The position numbers were made by a program, and so were the translations under genes. Below the pieces are notes generated by a model, which was not told the DNA's origin, searched no databases, and saw only the letters and a program-made list of their open reading frames with translations. Below, piece by piece: positions 1-9,336 of a DNA stretch of 64,000 nucleotides (position 1 is its first letter; each line of letters begins with the position of its first letter). Source of the stretch: a virus; IMG/VR virus record IMGVR_UViG_3300035135_002933, one strand, 5' to 3'.

Positions 1-42
1 CGTCTCAAAGGCACGTTGCCTATCTCCGGTTTTGCGCTGTAG
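1..42 (+). CDS. 3' end of an upstream gene (probably head-tail adaptor), partial
   Basis: Frame 1 reads RLKGTLPISGFAL-TAG, ending 2 nt before the next ATG. Confidence 0.4.
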   Translation, partial: RLKGTLPISGFAL

Positions 43-44
43 TC

Positions 45-449
45 ATGGCTGTCTCTGCCACCACCATCGCCAACTATGCCCCTTGGGGCAACGCCCAGCT
101 GGCGTTTGAGGTTGGCGGTTCGCAGACCAGCGTCGATCCCGACACTGGCAACACAGTGCAGACGCCTGAGGTGGTGGAATACCTCGCCGCACTCGATCTC
201 CAGGCCCCGGCTTGGGACGGTCAACCCGGCGCGGACAACTCCACCTACCGCTGCCAGGGCCGGCTCCTCAGCCCCGACCGCCTGGATCCCCGGATCACCA
301 ACGGTAGTCAAGCCGAGGCCATCATCAACGGCTACCGAGGCCGCTTCGAGCTCGTGTTCGATCTGGTCATGGACCGCGGTGCCTACCGCGATCTGCGCCA
401 GACGATCCAGGGCACGTTCCGCGTCATCGGAGGACCCGGCAATGGTTAG
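45..449 (+). CDS. putative head-closure / head-tail joining protein
   Basis: 134 aa, GC3-rich codons, located upstream of neck and tail genes. Confidence 0.55.
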   Translation: MAVSATTIANYAPWGNAQLAFEVGGSQTSVDPDTGNTVQTPEVVEYLAALDLQAPAWDGQPGADNSTYRCQGRLLSPDRLDPRITNGSQAEAIINGYRGRFELVFDLVMDRGAYRDLRQTIQGTFRVIGGPGNG

Positions 450-810
450 GCGCCCCTTCGACGCTCGGCTGAAGGCCGCTACCACGCAGGCCACCCGTCA
501 GCTCGCCACCTGGCTGGACACCCGCTTCACCGCGGAGATCTCAGCCGTGAAATGGGACTACCCCACACCACCGCAGGTGCGGGACATCGTGGACACCGGC
601 CGGCTACGCGCCAGCCAGACGCGCGTCGTCAACCCCGACGGCTCCGTGACCTTCACCTGGCCGGTCGAGTACGCCGCCCAAGTCCACGAGGGTGGAGTCG
701 CCACCACGGGCCTCCGCTTCCCCGGCCGCCCCTGGACCAAGGCCCCCCTCGAGGAGGCCCCAGCCCAGTTCGAGAGCTTCATGCGTGAAGCCCTCAGGAG
801 GCAGCAGTGA
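442..810 (+). CDS. HK97 gp10-like neck/tail completion protein
   Basis: ATG at 442 overlaps the previous stop; motif RDIVDTGRLRASQ...YAAQVHEG...RPW is typical of the gp10 family. Confidence 0.65.
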   Translation: MVRRPFDARLKAATTQATRQLATWLDTRFTAEISAVKWDYPTPPQVRDIVDTGRLRASQTRVVNPDGSVTFTWPVEYAAQVHEGGVATTGLRFPGRPWTKAPLEEAPAQFESFMREALRRQQ

Positions 811-1283
811 TGGCCATCAGCACGACCTGCCCCTCGGTGCGCGACCTGCGCACCACCATCGAGCGCTACATCCTCGATCTCTACGAGAGCGACGGAACCA
901 CGCTCAAGCCCGAGGCCTCCTGGCCCGGGTACTACTCGTTGCCCAACGGCAACCGCATCCCTGCGGTCTACGTCGTTGGTGAAGCCATGGTCCCCTCGGA
1001 CTGGGTGGTCACCGGCATCGAGTGCACGATCACGGACGTCCCCGAGATCGTTTCCCCCGGCTCCGTCGGAGCCGTGCTGTCCTTCGAGCGCTGGCCCGTT
1101 CGTTTCACGAACTTCGGCACCCGCAAGGGCACCCGCATGCCTACCACGCTGCTGGACATCAGCCGCCGGTTGGCACGCACCTTTCCCCGGGACAGTGCCA
1201 CGCACACCGCCCGGACTGAGGCCACCTACGAGGCCTTGACGGTGTCCATAACGGCCCCCGTTTTGAACCCCCCGATCCCTTAA
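807..1283 (+). CDS. putative tail terminator protein
   Basis: 158 aa, GTGA overlap, immediately before the major tail protein. Confidence 0.55.
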   Translation: MMAISTTCPSVRDLRTTIERYILDLYESDGTTLKPEASWPGYYSLPNGNRIPAVYVVGEAMVPSDWVVTGIECTITDVPEIVSPGSVGAVLSFERWPVRFTNFGTRKGTRMPTTLLDISRRLARTFPRDSATHTARTEATYEALTVSITAPVLNPPIP

Positions 1284-1295
1284 GGAGTCCCACTC

Positions 1296-2315
1296 ATGGC
1301 CGACTACGCCATCGGGCTGTCGTTTCACAAGGCTCACCGGACCCTCGTCCGAGCCGTGGACCTCACCCCGCCCTGCCGCTATTTCGCTACCCGCGACACC
1401 GCGGGTCTGGTCACCCTGCCCACGCTGGACGCCGGCTCGCAGTATGTCGAGCTGCAAGGTGTGAGCAACACCACTTTCGCCATCAACGACAACAACCAGG
1501 AGTTCCGCCTCCTGGGTGATGACGGTTGGGGTGACTCGCTGATCACAGGTTCCACGGTGCAGGCCTCTGTCACCGCGTACTTCCTGAAGCAGACCGAGAT
1601 TCCCGCTGGCCAGAACTGCCCTCAGTTCCGCGGCGACTACGAAGAAGGCTTCTCCCTCATCGAGAAAGCCCGCTACAACAAGGACTTCGAGATCTACGTC
1701 GAATTCCTTAAGGAGCTCGGCCAGGCCAACGGCACCTCGGGCAACTACATCTACGACTTCACCGGCTTCAACGCCGTGGTGATGAACTACAACGAGAACC
1801 TCACGGCCGAAGGCCTCACCGAGGTCTCCTTCGACCTGATGTCCCGAGGTCGCCCCGTGTTCGGCCGCTATGACGCCGGCGCCACTGCACTCGCCTTCGG
1901 CGGTGTTCAGTCCAGCCTGCTGTTCACCGCAGCTGCTTCTGGCGACCGCCGCTACGCCGTGGTTCCCGCAGCCAACGCGGACTCAGTTGTTGTGGGCAGC
2001 GACCTCACGGTCACCTACACCAGCGACGGCACCATCGCTCTCGCACAGCTCAGCCTGGGCCAGGCCGATGGCAGCGGTTTCCGCCTCGAGGTCGCCGACA
2101 CCGGTGCTCTCGTGCCGGCGGTTGTCACCCTGGGCGGCGCCGGAACCAATGTGGTCACCATCAACCCCACCGCCGACTTGGCTGCTGGCACCATCTACCG
2201 CCTCCGTGTGGCAGACGGCGCCATCAAGCAGGCCCTCGATGGCAGCGGCAACCCCTCTGCCTCCGGCGTGCTCTTCCCGCTGCAGGGTTTCGAGAGCCTC
2301 TTCAAGACCGCCTGA
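1296..2315 (+). CDS. major tail tube protein with C-terminal Ig-like (Big_5-type) domain
   Basis: 339 aa, AAGGAG RBS, followed by a terminator and chaperones; C-terminal VVTINPTADLAAGTIYRLRV is Ig-like. Confidence 0.8.
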   Translation: MADYAIGLSFHKAHRTLVRAVDLTPPCRYFATRDTAGLVTLPTLDAGSQYVELQGVSNTTFAINDNNQEFRLLGDDGWGDSLITGSTVQASVTAYFLKQTEIPAGQNCPQFRGDYEEGFSLIEKARYNKDFEIYVEFLKELGQANGTSGNYIYDFTGFNAVVMNYNENLTAEGLTEVSFDLMSRGRPVFGRYDAGATALAFGGVQSSLLFTAAASGDRRYAVVPAANADSVVVGSDLTVTYTSDGTIALAQLSLGQADGSGFRLEVADTGALVPAVVTLGGAGTNVVTINPTADLAAGTIYRLRVADGAIKQALDGSGNPSASGVLFPLQGFESLFKTA

Positions 2316-2344
2316 CGGTCAGACTGAGCTCGAGCCAACAACCA

Positions 2345-2366
2345 CCCCGCTTCGGCGGGGTTTTTT
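2345..2366 (+). terminator. rho-independent terminator
   Basis: CCCCGC-TTCG-GCGGGG followed by T6. Confidence 0.9.
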
Positions 2367-2375
2367 GTTATCCAC

Positions 2376-2609
2376 ATGCAACACGATCTCTTGATGGACG
2401 CCGCCCACATGGTTTTTGCGGTGAACTGCCAGGTACAAGGCGACGCCCTTCACTGCGGCGCCCTGTACTTGGAGCCCCTCGTCCCGTTCAAGTCTATACG
2501 CTTAGCGTATGAAGCTGCTAGCGTGATGGTTGAACTCCCTGACGAGCTCGTCAACCAATCCGAGCCTTTCAGGTCCTGGTCCATTGATCTACCGCTCGCA
2601 GATGTCTAA
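2376..2609 (+). CDS. hypothetical protein (77 aa)
   Basis: ORF between terminator and chaperone, 8-nt overlap with the next gene. Confidence 0.6.
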   Translation: MQHDLLMDAAHMVFAVNCQVQGDALHCGALYLEPLVPFKSIRLAYEAASVMVELPDELVNQSEPFRSWSIDLPLADV

Positions 2610-3153
2610 GTACGCGTCGCTCCTTTTTGCACCTGAGGAGTACCACGAGATCGGACCGTTTCGGTTCCCCATCTACCACGACCTGGTGCCCGGTGAAGCC
2701 AAAGGCATCGAAGCGATCAACCGCAAGCAAGCAAAATCGACGTTTCGCTCGATCAAACTTGCCCAGCGCATTGCAAAAGACAAAGGCATCAGCACGAAAG
2801 AAGCTGTAGAGCTGCTCGGCAGCACCACCGAGGACAACCAAGAGCTCCTCTATGACTACGCCGACGAGCTCGAGAACATGCAGCTCGACACGATCGGCGC
2901 CGTTGAGCAGCAGATCGAGTTCGTCACCCTCTTCATGCGCTACCGCGGCGAAGCCAAACTGCCGCGCTCGAAGGACTGGCAAAAGCTCGAGGACTGGACT
3001 ACCACCGATACCGAGGCCATCCCCACCCGGCTGATGGAGCAGATCTTCGAGCTCATCACCTGGGAGCGTGACGGCTGGCCGAGCCCGGAGGGAAACTCCC
3101 CGGAGCCCGAGGACGAGGAGCAGGAATTCAGCCCACCCCCGAGCAAGTCCTGA
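2602..3153 (+). CDS. tail assembly chaperone (lambda gpG-like)
   Basis: ATG 2602 (MSKYASLL); lies between major tail and tape measure genes; slippery heptamer near the 3' end. Confidence 0.75.
   Translation: MSKYASLLFAPEEYHEIGPFRFPIYHDLVPGEAKGIEAINRKQAKSTFRSIKLAQRIAKDKGISTKEAVELLGSTTEDNQELLYDYADELENMQLDTIGAVEQQIEFVTLFMRYRGEAKLPRSKDWQKLEDWTTTDTEAIPTRLMEQIFELITWERDGWPSPEGNSPEPEDEEQEFSPPPSKS
3090..3096 (+). other. -1 programmed frameshift slippery site G GGA AAC
   Basis: X XXY YYZ heptamer in the correct codon phase (GGA AAC = Gly-Asn); the -1 frame is open from 3090 to TAA 3584. Confidence 0.8.
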
Positions 3154-3584
3154 AGGACGCCGAGGACGTTCTCCGCGCACCCCTCGCCGACTGGGATGCC
3201 GTGTACTTCCGCGTGCGCGCATCTCCAGTAGGTGGAGACTTCACCCCGGCGAGCTTCCTCCGCACCCCGATCAGCACCATTCGCTGGCTGCTGCGGCAGA
3301 TCGACGACCACGAGCGCGGCCGGGCCAACACGCACAGTGCGAGCACCGCTCGCATGGCCGCTGTCATGGTGCAGATCGCGCACGGCTTCTCTGGCTCGAA
3401 GCGGCCGGCACCGAAGGTGCAGCCCAAGGAGTTCCTGCCGTTCCCGGATTGGAAACCGGCGTCCGCCACCGCGGACGGACCGGACGCCCCCACCAAGTTC
3501 GTCCTCACCGAGCTCGTGCGCACCCAGCGGATACCACTGCACGTCTACGCAGTGCTCGCAGCTCCAATCACCGAGCGCGCCTAA
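3090..3584 (+). CDS. tail assembly chaperone frameshift extension (gpT/GT-like)
   Basis: The -1 frame reads GKLPGARGRGAGIQPTPEQVLKDAEDVLRAPLADWDAVYF... continuous with track ORF 3201..3584. Confidence 0.75.
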   Translation, partial: GKLPGARGRGAGIQPTPEQVLKDAEDVLRAPLADWDAVYFRVRASPVGGDFTPASFLRTPISTIRWLLRQIDDHERGRANTHSASTARMAAVMVQIAHGFSGSKRPAPKVQPKEFLPFPDWKPASATADGPDAPTKFVLTELVRTQRIPLHVYAVLAAPITERA

Positions 3585-3608
3585 CATACGGACAGCGCAT
3601 AGAGCCCA

Positions 3609-6600
3609 GTGGCAGACGACTTCCGAGTACGGGTAGTAGCCGAGACTCAGGAAGCTGAGAAGCGACTGAAGCAGGTAGACGCGGCCGTAGAGAAGGTAGT
3701 AAAGCCGCGTAGGCTGAATTTAGACGTAGACGCAGTTAATAAAAACTTTGCTAATCTCAAGAAAGAGATCGAAGCAGCAAGCAATAACATTCGTACTTTC
3801 TATTCTGTTAGTAAAAAGATGCCTGTCGTAGGACAAGGTATCAAAGCCGCCGAAGAGACAGTTCAATCATTAGCCTCGGCTACAGGAAGACTCGCTACTA
3901 ACGCACCTAGAGCAACGGTAGAGCTAGCTAAATCAGCGCGAGCAGGTTCGATCATATCACGCTCTTTTGGTGCAGCTGCTTCTACAACTAATGTGTTAAT
4001 TACTAACCTAGCTAAACTAGGGTTTACCTTATTTGCTCTCAAAGAATCTGTTAATATCTTAAAGACAGCATTTGGCGGACTGTTTAGCGAGACTGTGGGG
4101 AGAGCTGCGCGATTCCAGGAAACGCTGCTCAAAACTCAGACTACGCTAGCTTCAACATCTAAGGTATTCATAAACGATAAAGAGATTACTGACCCATTAG
4201 AGAAAATTAAACGACTGCAAGGTGAAATTGAAGATCGTGTAGACAGTATTAGAATGCGGTCCATCGACCTCGCCGGGGTCACTTCTAACGAGGTCGTTGA
4301 GGTCTTCGGTATCGTGGCCTCCCAAATCAGTCAAATCGGTGGAGGGCTGAAGGAAGCCGAAGACCTCGCGATTAGTTTTTCTGCTGCCTTAGGCACCTTT
4401 GGCTTACCTCTGTACCAAGCTCAACAGGAGATTGGGTCTATCTTCCGCGGCGATGTAGGCCCTGACTCCTATTTGGCGAAGTCACTAGGCATCACTAATG
4501 CTGATATTGCGAAAGCTAAAACCGAGGCGGGTGGTCTTATTGCTTTCCTAGAGAAAAAACTAGCTGCGGCTGTTGCGGGGCAAACAATCGCAGCTAAAGG
4601 ACTTGCAGGTGTGCTATCCAACATACGAGATATTAGCGAGCTGATCAGTCAAGCTATAGGTGAGCCACTACTAGAACCTATTATTGCAGCTAGCACAGCA
4701 TTATACGATATTCTATTCGAATCTAAGGATTTATTGGGTGATGTAGGCACAGCTATAGGCAACATTTTCAAAGACATTGCTTCTCGCTTTACCCGTGCAT
4801 TTCAGTTAGATGCTAGGGGTACTATTCCTGTATTTGACGCTATTAAAAACCAAGCTCCAGCTGTATTTAACGCGCTTAAGCAGGATCTTGAAGGACTTAA
4901 TGTTTTAGTTAGTGATACCCTAACACGACTGGGCTCAGCTATACGCGAACTATTTACTAGCCTATCGGCTATGTCAGCTACTACGGTGAGAGCCTTTAGG
5001 GAGCTGTTAGATGCTTTCATTCAGCTGAAGCTCGTATCTTTAGAATCTCTCATAAGTGCTATTGCCACGCTCGCTCAAGGACTCACACCTGTTGTAGTGG
5101 GTCTTACTAAAATTCTGGAACTGTGGGCAGATATCCTTAGGCTGCCTATCGTCCAAGGACTCACACAAATAGCTGTAACTTTTGCTGTTCTCAAATCTAC
5201 AGGTTTAATAGCTATAGCCGCGATCATTACACAATTAGCTATTTGGGCTATTAGCTGGCAAGCTATTGTTACTAAAGTCAAAACTGGAGGAGCTTTTATA
5301 CAAGGTGTAATTAAATCTATCTCAGTCTCACTAGGTTCCGTTCTACTCCTGCTCGGTCAATTAACTACCGCGCTAAAAACACTACTAATTGGTCAAGGAG
5401 CTAATACACAAGTAATTAAACAACTCACAGATCTCGAAACACAACTCAATAAAGCGGGGCGCAGCTCTAAAGGTCTCGCCTATAATTTTAGGAACTTAGG
5501 TGCTGGAATAAAAACTGTATCACGTTCTTTAGGTGCTTTAGTATTGAATGTTATTAAAGCCAACGCGGTAATAATCGCTGTAACCGTAGGCATTACTTTA
5601 CTTGTGGATGCTTACGGACGCTGGAAGCGTGCACAAGAAGAAAATCGACAGGCTCTACGGGATACTCAGTTAATAAACCAATACGTAGGCCGCGTACAGT
5701 ACCTAAACAGGGAACTCACTGTAGCTGAGCAGAAACTGAAAGATGCGGCACTAGCAGCCGCAGATAAAAAGTACGACGAAGCAACTAAACGCCTCGCTGA
5801 GCTTACCGAAGAATATGCAAAACTAAATAAAGAAATAGCAAAAACTGAAAAGCCCGCCGAATCTAAGCGTCGTATCCGAGTACCTCAACCGAAGGAAGAG
5901 CTCACACTCGGTTTTGAATCCCGTCGTATGCGGCGCCGTAGGCAGCTTGAGCTAGAGATACAAGCAGAGCGCAAGAAAGAAACTGACGCGTTGGCCGTGC
6001 TCGAAAAAGAGCGTGCTAAGGAACGTGTACGCACCGAGAAAGAAAATCGCGTCAACCTCGAGCGCGAGATCACTGACCTCCGCCGCCAGCTCGATAACGA
6101 CCTCTTCCAGCAACGCCAGGCCCTTGCCCAGAAGGAAGTCGAGATCTTCCGCGCCGCCGGCGAGCTCCGCATCCAACAGATCGAGAAAGCCAACGCCAAG
6201 CTCCTCGAGGGCGAAGAAGGCGCCTCCCGCGCTGCCCTCGCGGCCCTGGACAACTACATCTCCACCCGCGAGCGCGGCGAACTCGAGATCGAAGCCGCCA
6301 AGAAGACCCTCGCCATCGAGGTCGGCAACCTCGAGAAGGCCATCATCAACTACCGCTACGACATCGAGCGCAAGATCGCAGACCTTCGCAAGAAATCCGC
6401 GGACTACGAGAAGAACGCCGCCGATGCACGTGCCCGCGCAGGTCAAGCCCCCGGCGTTAGCGCCGGCTTCCGTGTCGGCAGTACCGGCCACAGCACCGGA
6501 CCCCACCTCGACATCCGCAGCCCGACGGGCGACAAGCAGGCCGTTGTCAACGAAGCGCTAGCCATCATCAAGCACTGGCAGGGCCAGGGCGTCGAGTACA

Positions 6601-8486
6601 TCGAGCTGAGCAACGCCAAGATCGATGTCAAGAACATGGTTGACGAGGCTGCACTCCGCGGCGCGCTGCTGAAGGAACAGGCCGCCCATGCCACACGCGC
6701 TGGCGGCGGTGCCATTGACATCGCCGTGCCCGCCGGCACGTTGGTGCCTATGCCCGCCGGGACGCCCTCGTGGGGCGGCGCCGGTGGCTGGCAGGCCACC
6801 TCCCTGCAGACCGGCAACATCTTCCTGCACGGCCAGCAAGCTTCCGTTGCGAGCCCGGCCGCCGGCGCTGCACCTCCATCAGCAGCTGCCACCGGCGCCG
6901 CCTCCGAACTCCCCAACACTGCTGACGCGGCAGCCCGCTACGCCGAGGCCGTCCGCAGCCTGGCTGGCGCCATGGAGCGCCTGCGTTCGCTGCAAGCTGC
7001 TATCACCGAAGCCAAGACCGCGGAAGCCTTCGAGCGCATCGCCAAGGCGGTATTCCCGCAAGTGGCGATCGAGCAGTACCAAGACCAGCTGGCGCAGCTG
7101 CAGTTCACCTACAACGCGGTCTCGACCAACGCCGCGGCTGCATTCGACCCCGAGCGCACCGCGCTCGAAGCACAACGGCTCGCGCAGATTGCGATTTCCA
7201 ACCGTGAGCTAAGCGAGATCAAAGCTGGCATCGCAGCACGCGACAACCTCTCCGAGAGCGAACGCAAACGCGCGATGGATAGCGTATTGCAGCAGCATAA
7301 AAAGTATCTTGCCGACCTCGAACGTATTGACAAGCTGAAGCGAAACATTCTCGCAACAGAGCAAATCACAAACTTCATCCAGCAAAGTGCCCTCCGAGCA
7401 CGGGATATCGAGCAAGAAATCGAGGCGCTCCAACTGCGCAATCGCCTACAGGCGGAAGGCGTAGCCCCTGAGTTGATCCAGGCCGAGCTCAGCAAGCTCG
7501 AAATCCAGCGCGAGATGAATCGTCTGCTGGAGCAAGCCAATGGTGATCTCAGTAAGCAGGCCTCCATCCGAGCTGCTGCAGCAAAACAAGCCGCCGCCGT
7601 CGACGCCCTCGCCCGTGCCCAAACCGAGCCCGGCACACGCATCCGCAGCTTCATTGGCGAGGCCGAGCGCAGCCTCAAGGACTACGAAGGCATGGCCATC
7701 CGCGTCTCACAGAGCGTGGGCGACGCGCTCGGGAACTCTCTTGCGAACGGCATCACCGGCTTGATCGAGGGTACGACTACCGCAAAAGAGGTGTTTGCGA
7801 ACTTCCTGAAGGATGTCGGTCAAATCCTGCTGAGAGAAGGCACCAAGATGATTGCCACCTATGTTGCAATTGGAATCGCAAAGATATTTGCGGGATTGGC
7901 AAGTGACAATTCACAAAATATGGCGACGCAGGGTATTAACGAAAAAACATTAGCCCCAATGCGCCAATATCCGGTTCTTGAGGGTCCTGGGTTTACGCCT
8001 TCAGCAAAGGGCGCCTACTTCTCCAACGGCATTGCCGCCTTCGCCAACGGCGGCATGTTCACCAACTCCGTCGTCTCCTCGCCCACCCTCTTCCAGTTCG
8101 CTGACGGCGGCATCACCCGCGCGGGCCTGATGGGCGAGGCCGGCCCTGAAGCGATCATGCCCTTGGAGCGCGGCGTAGACGGGAAGCTGGGCGTCAAGGC
8201 AAAGCTTGATGGGGCGATGACTCGCTACCGTCGCCCGCCGGGGGCCGAGGGCGCTGCTGAGGCCGGTGGTATCGAGTCGACTACCTCTGGCGGTGGTGTT
8301 GCCACTGCTGCCCCCATCGACGTGCGCTACAGCGTGGAGCGGATCAACTCTGTTGATTACGTCACCGCTGATCAGTTCCAGCGCGGTATGGCACAAGCGG
8401 CAAATCAAGGCGCTAAACAAGGTGAGCAGCTGGCCATGCGCAGGTTGCAGCAGTCCGCGTCAACACGTAACAGGCTCGGCATCTGA
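3609..8486 (+). CDS. tape measure protein with internal M23-like peptidase segment
   Basis: 1625 aa, helical Ala/Leu/Glu-rich; C-terminal AFANGG...GLMGEAGPEAIMPL motif of lambda-like TMPs. Confidence 0.9.
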   Translation: MADDFRVRVVAETQEAEKRLKQVDAAVEKVVKPRRLNLDVDAVNKNFANLKKEIEAASNNIRTFYSVSKKMPVVGQGIKAAEETVQSLASATGRLATNAPRATVELAKSARAGSIISRSFGAAASTTNVLITNLAKLGFTLFALKESVNILKTAFGGLFSETVGRAARFQETLLKTQTTLASTSKVFINDKEITDPLEKIKRLQGEIEDRVDSIRMRSIDLAGVTSNEVVEVFGIVASQISQIGGGLKEAEDLAISFSAALGTFGLPLYQAQQEIGSIFRGDVGPDSYLAKSLGITNADIAKAKTEAGGLIAFLEKKLAAAVAGQTIAAKGLAGVLSNIRDISELISQAIGEPLLEPIIAASTALYDILFESKDLLGDVGTAIGNIFKDIASRFTRAFQLDARGTIPVFDAIKNQAPAVFNALKQDLEGLNVLVSDTLTRLGSAIRELFTSLSAMSATTVRAFRELLDAFIQLKLVSLESLISAIATLAQGLTPVVVGLTKILELWADILRLPIVQGLTQIAVTFAVLKSTGLIAIAAIITQLAIWAISWQAIVTKVKTGGAFIQGVIKSISVSLGSVLLLLGQLTTALKTLLIGQGANTQVIKQLTDLETQLNKAGRSSKGLAYNFRNLGAGIKTVSRSLGALVLNVIKANAVIIAVTVGITLLVDAYGRWKRAQEENRQALRDTQLINQYVGRVQYLNRELTVAEQKLKDAALAAADKKYDEATKRLAELTEEYAKLNKEIAKTEKPAESKRRIRVPQPKEELTLGFESRRMRRRRQLELEIQAERKKETDALAVLEKERAKERVRTEKENRVNLEREITDLRRQLDNDLFQQRQALAQKEVEIFRAAGELRIQQIEKANAKLLEGEEGASRAALAALDNYISTRERGELEIEAAKKTLAIEVGNLEKAIINYRYDIERKIADLRKKSADYEKNAADARARAGQAPGVSAGFRVGSTGHSTGPHLDIRSPTGDKQAVVNEALAIIKHWQGQGVEYIELSNAKIDVKNMVDEAALRGALLKEQAAHATRAGGGAIDIAVPAGTLVPMPAGTPSWGGAGGWQATSLQTGNIFLHGQQASVASPAAGAAPPSAAATGAASELPNTADAAARYAEAVRSLAGAMERLRSLQAAITEAKTAEAFERIAKAVFPQVAIEQYQDQLAQLQFTYNAVSTNAAAAFDPERTALEAQRLAQIAISNRELSEIKAGIAARDNLSESERKRAMDSVLQQHKKYLADLERIDKLKRNILATEQITNFIQQSALRARDIEQEIEALQLRNRLQAEGVAPELIQAELSKLEIQREMNRLLEQANGDLSKQASIRAAAAKQAAAVDALARAQTEPGTRIRSFIGEAERSLKDYEGMAIRVSQSVGDALGNSLANGITGLIEGTTTAKEVFANFLKDVGQILLREGTKMIATYVAIGIAKIFAGLASDNSQNMATQGINEKTLAPMRQYPVLEGPGFTPSAKGAYFSNGIAAFANGGMFTNSVVSSPTLFQFADGGITRAGLMGEAGPEAIMPLERGVDGKLGVKAKLDGAMTRYRRPPGAEGAAEAGGIESTTSGGGVATAAPIDVRYSVERINSVDYVTADQFQRGMAQAANQGAKQGEQLAMRRLQQSASTRNRLGI

Positions 8487-8974
8487 TGGACACGACCTAC
8501 TCGTTAGCGAACTACCTCAACATCCGCTCGCCAAGCGGCGGCACCATCTATCGCTTCCAAAACTTCTACATCGGTGAAGACGCCTACTTCGCCAACACTG
8601 ACACCGGCGTAGTCAATACGTTCGGCTTCTTGCCATTCGGTTTTAGCGGTGTCACTGTGACCAAAGCAGCTGACAACGAGCCGGCAACATTGGTTTTTCC
8701 CAATAACGCACTTACGCGCAGCTGGATTGAAACTGCGGTGCGCGAATACTGGACATGCAATGTCCGCACGGTGCTGGTCAATCCAGACGACAAGATGGAT
8801 TACCGCCTGTTGTCGCGGTACTTTTCGCAAATCGTCGGCGCCCGCTGGGATTCGCAAAGCGTACAGCTAGAGCTGGCGTCAGTGCTTGATGCTGTTGGTG
8901 TTGACCTCCCGCGCAAGCGCTTTACCCAGCAACTTGTCGGCAGCTTGCCAGTTACTGCAAACGTGCGCTTTTGA
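8486..8974 (+). CDS. minor tail tip protein (gpL-like position)
   Basis: 162 aa, TGATG coupling after the TMP. Confidence 0.55.
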   Translation: MDTTYSLANYLNIRSPSGGTIYRFQNFYIGEDAYFANTDTGVVNTFGFLPFGFSGVTVTKAADNEPATLVFPNNALTRSWIETAVREYWTCNVRTVLVNPDDKMDYRLLSRYFSQIVGARWDSQSVQLELASVLDAVGVDLPRKRFTQQLVGSLPVTANVRF

Positions 8975-9336
8975 TGTTTGACCTAATTGGGATGCCGTAC
9001 AAACTTGGTGCGCACCCAAGTAGCGGCAAAACCGACTGCATCCAGCTGGTTTATGAGGTGCGTAGACGCTTGGGGCTGAGTTGCCCGCCGATGCAGCAAG
9101 CCTGGTACAACGGATCGCGGGTCAAGATATTGCGTGCATTGCTGACTTGGGGCGCCGAGACCTATGCTCCTCTGTACGATGGTGATGTGGCGCTTGCGTC
9201 GCAAAGCACTTGGGCTTTTGGTGTCGTATGGCAAGCCGGCATTCTGCGTATCAGCAAGCTATCTCAGGCGGTCGCATGGTCCCCTATCGACAGCCATTCG
9301 ACCCACTGCCGTTACTTCCGTGGGAAAAGCAGCTGA
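8971..9336 (+). CDS. NlpC/P60-like tail tip assembly protein (gpK-like)
   Basis: LIGMPYKLGA...TDCIQLVYEVRRRLG matches the NlpC/P60 DC motif. Confidence 0.65.
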   Translation: MMFDLIGMPYKLGAHPSSGKTDCIQLVYEVRRRLGLSCPPMQQAWYNGSRVKILRALLTWGAETYAPLYDGDVALASQSTWAFGVVWQAGILRISKLSQAVAWSPIDSHSTHCRYFRGKSS

